From the NCBI RefSeq assembly GCF_000142905.1, contig NW_013657668.1, forward strand, positions 358,492 through 422,491: 64,000 nucleotides of DNA, read 5' to 3'. How positions within the stretch are numbered: position 1 is the first letter of the stretch; each line of letters begins with the position of its first letter. The notes below the pieces were generated by a model that searched no databases, had not been told where the DNA came from, and saw only the letters and a list, made by a program, of their open reading frames with translations. Of this stretch, positions 56,708 through 64,000 are shown piece after piece. The translations under genes were made by a program, and so were the position numbers. This DNA comes from Thecamonas trahens ATCC 50062. Taxonomy: Eukaryota; Protista; Apusomonadida.

Positions 56708-58831
56708 ATGGCAGACCTGGCTGCCACAAGCGGGTTCCTCCCACCAGCACGCACCTTGTCACCACCACCAACATCATCACCACAACAAGAACCATCACCA
56801 TCATGGGCTGCTGATGCTGCTGATGCTACTGATGCTGCTGATGCTGCTACCGATGATGATCATGTGCCCGGTCAGGTACTTGCGGACGAAAGCTCGGACT
56901 CGGAGTCAGACATGCTGTCATCATTGTCGTCCTCGTCGTCCTCATCGTCCTCGCCGTCATCGTCGTCATCGTCGTCATCATCGTCGCCGTTCTCGGCATC
57001 GTCAAGCTCGTACTCGGCAGGCCCAGCACCGGCGTATGATGCTGGTGTGGGATCGTCTATTGATTGGACCGCCACACCCATTGCGGCGGTGCCCCGGCTG
57101 CCGGGTGCGGAGCACATTGAAGCCCGCGATCCTCCGCTGCATCTCGCTGACTCGACGCCTTGGGCCCACGAGGCTGAGGCCACACTGATGGTACAGTACT
57201 CCAAGCTTCCCTGCTCAGTGCTGCCGTATGCGCACGCACTGGGCGAGGACTCGCCTTCCACTGTCTCCAAGGCGTTCAAGAAGCGGCTGCGAGCAGGGCT
57301 GCCGCTCTGGATCCGCGGCCATGTGTGGGCCTGCATCACCGGCGGCGTCGACTTGCTCCGCCGCGCGCCGACGCTGTATGCGGCGGCGGCAGTGCGTGCG
57401 TTTGGCAGCGGCGGCGCCGGCGACGACGACCTGCTCAACATTCCGTCGTTCTCGGCCGTGGACCTCTCGACGGACGCTTGCCTCGGCTCCGGCTACCGCG
57501 CCGACGCGGCGCCCGAGGCGCTTATCGGTGCTGACGCCGCCCGCGAGGCCAATACCGTCTTAGTGGTGCTCGCGACGGAAAACCCTGACCTCAACTACGT
57601 GCCAGCTCTTCCGCGGCTGGTTCGGCTCTTGACGCTCTTCCTCGCTCCGGCCTCCAACTACGCCGTGGCCACGGCCATGATCGAGGCCTCGCGGTCGCGC
57701 GGCTGGTACTTTCCGTTGTCGCGGCGAGCCCTGGCGCTTTTTGTAGAGACCTTTGTCTCGCTCGCCAAGTCCAAGGCCAAAAAGGCGACCAAGGCGCTTG
57801 CCAAGGTTGGCCTCTCGCTCGCCGACGTCGCCACACCGTGGCTCTCGTCGCTCTTCCTCGGCTTTCTCCCCACCTACGCCGTCCTCGCCATCCTCGATGC
57901 TTACATGTATGAGGGCTCCAAGATCCTGTATCGGGTCGGCCTTAGTCTGCTGAAGGCCATGACTCTGGAGCTTCAGGGTGCGGCCTCGCGGGTTGACGCT
58001 ATCGCGGTCATCTGCGCCAAAACCTGGGCCATTGGCTCAAGCGCACCGGCCTTTGCCGCTATGCTCAAGGACGGCTTTGGCCTGCACTTGCAGCGCAAGA
58101 AGTTTGCCAAGCTCGCCTCGGCCCACGCTGCCGCCGGCGTCGACGAGGACCGGTTTGGCAAGGCTGTCCTTTACTACCGGCCAAATCTCTCGGCCGCATC
58201 AGACCTGCTCTCGTTTGAGGCCATGTCACTGCTCTGGTACTGGCTCCCGTCCCGGTTCCGCCTTCATTCTGGCGAGCGCATCTTCTCGACAGCCACGGAC
58301 GGCTATCTCTTGCGCTCACTTGTCAGTGCTGCGGCCGAGACGACTCGACGCGAGCGCGAGACGGTCCCGATCCTGGTCCTCATCTGCCCTGCTGCCGCCC
58401 CGCGCACGGTTGTCGGACTCTACCTCTCACGCGGCTTTGGCTCGCCCGAGGCCGACCCCGAGGCCACCTGGCTCGGCAATGGCGAGTCGTTTGTCTTTTG
58501 CGCTCATCGCGAGCCATCCGGCACGCCTGTGCTTGTTCACTACGCATGGGACGCTGGCGCAACTTCGGGCCGCGCCTCGTTCTACCGCATCGACGACGGC
58601 ACCCTTGTCGTCGGACACTCGTCAAGCGGCCGGGCGCTTGCTGTCTCGGACGACTTTTCGAGCCTACTCACCGGCGCCTCGGCCACGTTTGCCTCGCCGC
58701 CGCTCTTCCCTGGCGTCGATCCGGGCACGGTTCCTGACTATGCTACCCGCACTGAGCGTGGCGTGGAGTTCTCGATCGGCGCTGCCTCTGCCGTCGAGGC
58801 CTATGCCCTTGTCTTCCAGCCGCGCTCCTGA
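56708..58831 (+). CDS. TBC plus TLDc domain protein (TBC1D24-like)
   Basis: LRAGLPLWIRGHVW, ILDAYMYEGSKILYRVGL, LWYWLPSRF..IFSTATDGY and GNGESFVF. Confidence 0.88.
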   Translation: MADLAATSGFLPPARTLSPPPTSSPQQEPSPSWAADAADATDAADAATDDDHVPGQVLADESSDSESDMLSSLSSSSSSSSSPSSSSSSSSSSPFSASSSSYSAGPAPAYDAGVGSSIDWTATPIAAVPRLPGAEHIEARDPPLHLADSTPWAHEAEATLMVQYSKLPCSVLPYAHALGEDSPSTVSKAFKKRLRAGLPLWIRGHVWACITGGVDLLRRAPTLYAAAAVRAFGSGGAGDDDLLNIPSFSAVDLSTDACLGSGYRADAAPEALIGADAAREANTVLVVLATENPDLNYVPALPRLVRLLTLFLAPASNYAVATAMIEASRSRGWYFPLSRRALALFVETFVSLAKSKAKKATKALAKVGLSLADVATPWLSSLFLGFLPTYAVLAILDAYMYEGSKILYRVGLSLLKAMTLELQGAASRVDAIAVICAKTWAIGSSAPAFAAMLKDGFGLHLQRKKFAKLASAHAAAGVDEDRFGKAVLYYRPNLSAASDLLSFEAMSLLWYWLPSRFRLHSGERIFSTATDGYLLRSLVSAAAETTRRERETVPILVLICPAAAPRTVVGLYLSRGFGSPEADPEATWLGNGESFVFCAHREPSGTPVLVHYAWDAGATSGRASFYRIDDGTLVVGHSSSGRALAVSDDFSSLLTGASATFASPPLFPGVDPGTVPDYATRTERGVEFSIGAASAVEAYALVFQPRS

Positions 58832-59048
58832 GCGGCAAGCAGCCCGCTCCCTCGGCCAATACACTCTTTCCGAGTCCACTCTGCCACAGCTCGGCACTTG
58901 ATCGTATCAGCTGCTGCTGCTGCATTAAGGATCTGGGCGCTTGATCCTCTTGATATTGCCGTGACTGCGTCTCACGGCAGCAGGCAATCGTCGGGCGGCG
59001 AGTTGGCGTCTCACCTCACTTTGGACGGCGAGTGCGAGTGCGACTGGC

Positions 59049-59320
59049 ATGCAAGGCGGCAGCAGCGGGAGCGTGGGCAGCAGCAGTGGTGGGAGCCAAG
59101 GAGTAGGCACACTTCCTCATCGTGTACGATCATGGCTCTCCACCCTCCCTGCCATCACCCGTGCAGTTCTTCTTGTCTGCGTCGCCGTCTATCTCCTCCA
59201 GATACTCGCCGGAACTCCCACCTACGCCTCGGTCTGTCTCTCACCCGTCCTCATTGTCTACGACCTGGAGGGTAAGTTACCCCTGCTTGTCCTTGCTGTG
59301 TGTGTGTGTGTTTGTGTGTT

Positions 59321-59351
<31 letters not shown>

Positions 59352-59392
59352 GTGTTGTGGTTGTGGTCGTGGTCGTGGTCGTGGTCGTGGTT

Positions 59393-59436
<44 letters not shown>

Positions 59437-60376
59437 CAGGGTCAGCCTCGCACTTTGGGCCCGTGTCGCAGCTAGTGCACAGAGCGACCACCTTTGCGAG
59501 TAGATTCTCCCTCTCCCTCTTCACGGCTCGATCTGCTGCTGCGACTGCCAAGATGAACTGTTGTCTGATCAATGTTCACGCTATCTTGGTTGGGGCTGCT
59601 CCCCATCCTGTCCATACTCATCATCGTCTTCCCCTCCCATCCTGCCAGTCTCGCGCCTTGTCACGCACGCCTTTGTCCATGCTCATCTGCTTCATTTGTT
59701 CTTCAACATGTCTGCTTTCTACCCGATGGCCATGCGGATGGAGCGTGCACTGGGCTCGTTCTCGTTTGCCTACCACATGGCGCTGATGCTGGTCCTCGCG
59801 GCAACGTCCTCGCTAGTCATCTCGCTCACGGCGCTGTACGTCTTGGGATGGCCGGAGCTTATGTTTCACTGCGACATTGGGCTCTCGGGCGTCATCTTTG
59901 GTATGATTGTTCTGCAGACCATGGCTGCTCCGTCCGGCTCGCGCTACTCGGTCTTTGGCTTCTTTGATGTTCCCACTCGCGTCTATCCGTTCGCTCTCTT
60001 GTTTGTTGTCCAGATGATGATGCCCGGATCGGTCTCGTTCATCGGCCACCTGACCGGCATTATTGCCGGCTTTGTGGTTGGCTCGGGCTGGGCTTCGTAT
60101 CTGGTGCCCAAGCTACCGACTCTTGCTGCTGTCGAGTCGGCCCGTCCCGTTGCCTCGCTTGTCTCGCTGGCCGGCAGTGCATGGATTTCGGTCGACGCTG
60201 CATCTGGCATTGATGCTACTAGCATCCTGCCGACCTCGATGACAACCACTCCACAGCCGCGGGCCATGCCCGCGCCCGGCCGGGTTCCCCCGCCCACCGC
60301 CTCGGATCGTCCCGCTGCTGATCCTGCGCCGCAATCGGCGTTCCCCGGCCAGGGCCACACCCTCGGCTCGGCATGA
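59049..60376 (+). CDS. Rhomboid protease (RHBDL4/RHBDD1-like) with a C-terminal SHP box; intron 59272..59648
   Basis: HAHLLHLFFNM, catalytic GLSG and GHLTG, and the p97-binding SHP box FPGQGHTLG. Phase-1 intron GTAAGT...CCAG. Confidence 0.9.
59297..59436 (+). repeat. (GT)n plus (GTGGTC)n microsatellites in the rhomboid intron
   Basis: Directly visible. Confidence 0.95.
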
Positions 60377-60381
60377 CCTGT

Positions 60382-63168
60382 TTACGATCCACTGAGCTTG
60401 CGCGGTGCCTTGGCCTTGGCCTTGGCTTTGGCCTTGGCCTTGGTTTTGGCCTTTGCAGCGCCGGCCTCGGCGCCACTTCCGGGCCCGCTGCCTCCGAGCG
60501 GCTTGCCGCGCCGCTGGTTCCGTGGTGGCGGCGGCGTCGACTCTGGCTGCTGCTGTGGCGGCGGCTCCTCCAGCGGCTGGTGGAGCGCAAGTGCAACTTC
60601 GATGACCGCCGCCCGCGGGTTGGCCATCCGTGTCGGCGGAAATGCGTACGAGCCAAACGTGGGAAGCCCGAGCCGATCAGCCCGCGCCCGCGCATCGACT
60701 GCATCTAGCCGCTCAAGCGCACTCTTCAGATTGATGACACAGGCCTGGACGTCGTGCCGCGCGTGGAGGCCCATCACCGTCGGTTCGAATAGCGAGCCAC
60801 CGTTGATCTGGCTCGACGCCACAACTCGGAATCGCGGCGCAAGCGGCGCAAACGGTGGCCCGGCCGCGACACCCTCGGCCGACTCGGACCGTGAGCCAGG
60901 TGAACCGGCCCTCGATTCGCCGCCACCACTGCTCCGTCCCGCCAGCGACTGCGACGTCCGTGTTCGCCGCGAGCTCCCGCCGCGCCGCCGGGACTTGCCA
61001 CCGCTTGCCGATGCCGTTGAATGTGACGCCACTATCACAGCGTCGTCGTCGCCGTCGACCTCGTCGGCCTCGTGAGCCTCGTTCTTTGGCCGCGGAATGA
61101 ATTCGATGCATACCTCCACCACATGCAGCGGAAGCCCCATGAGGAGTCCGTTGCGCAGCGCTGCATCCGCTGGCAGGCTGAGCCGCATCAAGCTTCCGCT
61201 CAGCCCCATCTCCACGTTTTGCAGCTTGAGTGCCCGCATCACGCTCGGCGTCAGCCCGTCGCCAAACCCGAGCGACGTCAGCGCCCGGGCAATTCGCTCG
61301 TTCACCTCGGTGTGCTCCAGGTTCGGCACCGACGTCAGCTTTTGAGGAAATGTAGTTGCTCCCGCCTCGCGCTCTCCGCCTCCAGCCATTGATGCCGACG
61401 ACGCCCCGCATGGAACCGCGACGACGACCGCCGCTCTCGCCGAGCGAGAAACGCCGCCCCGACATCCTTTCGCGACCCAGACATGTTTGATCGCGAGCCA
61501 CTGCTTGCCATCGCGGCCGCCTTCTTTCCAGCCTCCAGCTGCTCGGCATACGGCCCATCTTTGGCCGCCAACGCGTCGATAAGATCCAGAAACGAGAACT
61601 CGTCAGAGGTCACCACAACGCCCGGCATCAGCTCGACCTCGACAAAGTAGACCAGGATTGGCGGCGGTGGAACTGCAGAGAGAACTTCGGCCATGGCTTT
61701 GGTGCGCGACGCAGCCTGTGTCGCTGCGTTCGACGCCCCGCTCACAGCGCCAGCCGGCGGTGTTCCCGCTGCGTTGCGCGCTGACGACCGCGAGTGCGGC
61801 AGCCGCCCGCGCACCGAGCCCGACGTCTGCCCACTCAGTCCATGGTTTGCGATCGAGGCACCTGACGTGGATGTCGCAAGCGCAGAGCCTGCCGCCGCTG
61901 TTGCCGCCGCCGCTGCCATTGCAGCAGCCTCACGCTCAAGCGCAAGCGCAGTCTCGGTCTTGGCCACCACCTCTTCCGCCAGCCGCTCCAGCCACACCGC
62001 AAATGTCCAGCCCGGCGCCGGCACTGCCGAGATCGAGTACAGTTCCACAGCCACATTCACCGTTCGCGCCTTGAGAAGCGCGTCAAAGGCTGGCTGTGCC
62101 CCAGAAATGAGCACCGTCAGTGTCTCGTTCTGCGAGCTCCACTGGTTCCGCCCCAGCGACGTCCGCCGAGACGACACCCCCGACAACGAGCCGAGATCAA
62201 TGAGCCACTCTCGCACACTCTCACGCTCTTCCGGCACCACCGGCTTGTCGTCCAGGACTGTCAACTCCGGCAGGCATGCCAGCGTCAACTGCCGGTACGC
62301 CTTGAGCAAGCTCAGCGGATTGCCCATCAACTTGAGATGCTTCAGCCGTGGCAGAGTCACCAGCGCCTTGAGCGCCTCGTCGAGGTCCTCAAGCACGTTG
62401 AATGAAAGGTCAAATGAGAGCAGCCGCGGAAAAAGCTCGCCGAGCGTGACCACACCGCCAGTCCCAGACTTGACCGATGCCGCAGAGCCGCGGTCACCGC
62501 CGGCCTTCACCACAAGATCGTCAACGTACACGCCCAGTGATGTGAGGTGGTTGTGCGAGAGCGAGAGATGGACAAGTGCGTTAGAGAACTTGCCCGAGTA
62601 TGCCAGCGTCGAGCCGAGCGAGCCGCCAAGCGCGTTGCACCCCACATTGAGGATGGTGAGCTGAGGTGGAAGGACCGAGGGAATGCGAGAAATCGCGTTG
62701 CCCGTCAATGACAACTCCTGGAGGCCAGGCATGAGTGCGAGGAACTCGTCGTCGATCTCGGTGATGCCGGCCTCGTGAAGCGAGAGAGTCTCAAAGAAGC
62801 CGAACAGCCACTCTTTGTCAAAGTGGAAGAGCGAGTGCTCGCGCGAGAGTACATACAGCTCGGGCGCTTCGGCTGACCAGGAGAGCATGTGCTCTAGGTT
62901 GGCATCAAGGAACGAGCGCTCACCAGTCACCGCTACGTCGTCGGCCTCAGGCACCACGTTGGAGAGCAGGATACGCGAGCCGACAATGGTCGGCGCAATT
63001 CTCCGACCCACTGGCTCCTTTTGCACCCGGAAGTTGCGCATCGGGTTCTCAATGCTGGCCCGCAGCGAGGCCACCGACGAGTCTGGAGAATCGGCCATCC
63101 GCAGATCGACCGCCCCACGCCCGCCGGCGGCACCGCCCTGTGACGACGCCGCCGAGGACGATGATGAT

Positions 63169-63203
<35 letters not shown>

Positions 63204-63704
63204 TGCCGACGACGAGGCCGACAATGACGAGTGCGGCCGGCCATCCTCAGCGGATGCGCCTCCGGCCGGACTACCACCGGTCCGGTGGCTTGAGCGGTGC
63301 AAACGGCCGGCCTGCGAGCGGTTGGCCGGCGGACGTGGGCGGGCAGCCTGCGTGCGTACAGGAGCATGAGCTTTGCGCAGAGAGCGCGAGGGCGGACGGA
63401 GCGGTGGTGGACGCAGAGAGTCGAGATACGCCTGGGTCATGGGCTGGATGCCCAGGGTGGCATGGACCACATCCAGGAAGGCCGCCGAGGCAGTGGCAGA
63501 AGGAGCCACCTCGTTGGGCAGCTGGCACACCTCGGCAGAGGGCCACCACAGCACTTGCTCGTCCCGCACACCTCCGTCCTGCATCCTCCCTCTTCTCAAA
63601 GCTACTCCCTGCGTGTCGAGCGAGGTGACGTGTTCTTCGTTCTTCTTGCTTGGTCGTCGCCTTGGCTGGCGCTGGTGAGTGGTCGAACCTGTGGGCGCCA
63701 CCAT
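60382..63704 (-). CDS. Leucine-rich repeat protein, LRRC43-like; apparent frameshift at ~61445-61475 joining ORFs 61335..63977 and 60382..61389
   Basis: LQELSLTGNAI, LVHLSLSHNHL, LLSFDLSFNVL and LKLMGNPLSLLKAYRQLTLACLPELTVLDDKPV (LRRcap). WSAEA..FF.TL resembles LRRC43. The start and the fusion of the two ORFs are uncertain. Confidence 0.7.
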
Positions 63705-64000
63705 TGGGCGGTGGCCGACACAGCCTGTCGGACAGCCAGCCGGCTGGGCTGCATTGCTCACCTGGCTATGGATGATCTTTATGCTACGTCCAGAGGACAA
63801 GGGCTTACACAGACGTTGCAAGCGCTGCAAGATCAACGGCAGAGACCATCTTTCGCCCGCGGCGTCGGGTGGCCTGGGCAGCGGCGCGCCGGGCTCGCGC
63901 TTCTTCGCGCCGCCGCGTCTTGGCGTTGTCGGCAAGCGCCTTGTCCCACCGCACCTGAAACTGCGCCAGCGCACCAAGCAGGAACGAGATGTCGTGCTTG

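Overview
Gene-dense, GC-rich eukaryotic nuclear DNA with short GT-AG introns (donors GTACGT/GTAAGC/GTATGT), many poly-G/poly-C tracts and microsatellites, and very short intergenic spacers. The style suggests a free-living flagellate protist, possibly an apusomonad such as Thecamonas; this is an inference I cannot confirm. About 36 protein-coding genes are supported. Recognisable ones: PIG-V (partial, missing from the ORF track), prolyl 4-hydroxylase, ZIP transporter, a RluA-like/PrmC fusion, START protein, NEK kinase, FkbM-type methyltransferase, LpxB, formin, NTH1, RPAP3, CRAL-TRIO protein, DBP2/DDX5, a Calx-beta surface protein, GHMP kinase, A20/AN1 zinc finger, EF-hand mitochondrial carrier, two SDRs, HPS6-like, Bora, ELO elongase, PLD, RING E3 ligase, cyclin B, TBC-TLDc, rhomboid and LRRC43-like. 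I found no rRNA, tRNA, CRISPR array or mobile element. Best leads: (1) a stop-containing cassette exon plus hairpins inside the long DBP2 intron; (2) CHR (TTTGAA) plus E2F-like motifs inside the introns of mitotic genes; (3) an apparently inactive pseudouridine synthase fused to an intact PrmC; (4) a eukaryotic lipid A synthase LpxB; (5) four or five genes broken by same-direction single-base shifts, most likely assembly errors; (6) operon-like spacing of co-oriented genes. All family assignments come from motif recognition, not database searches.
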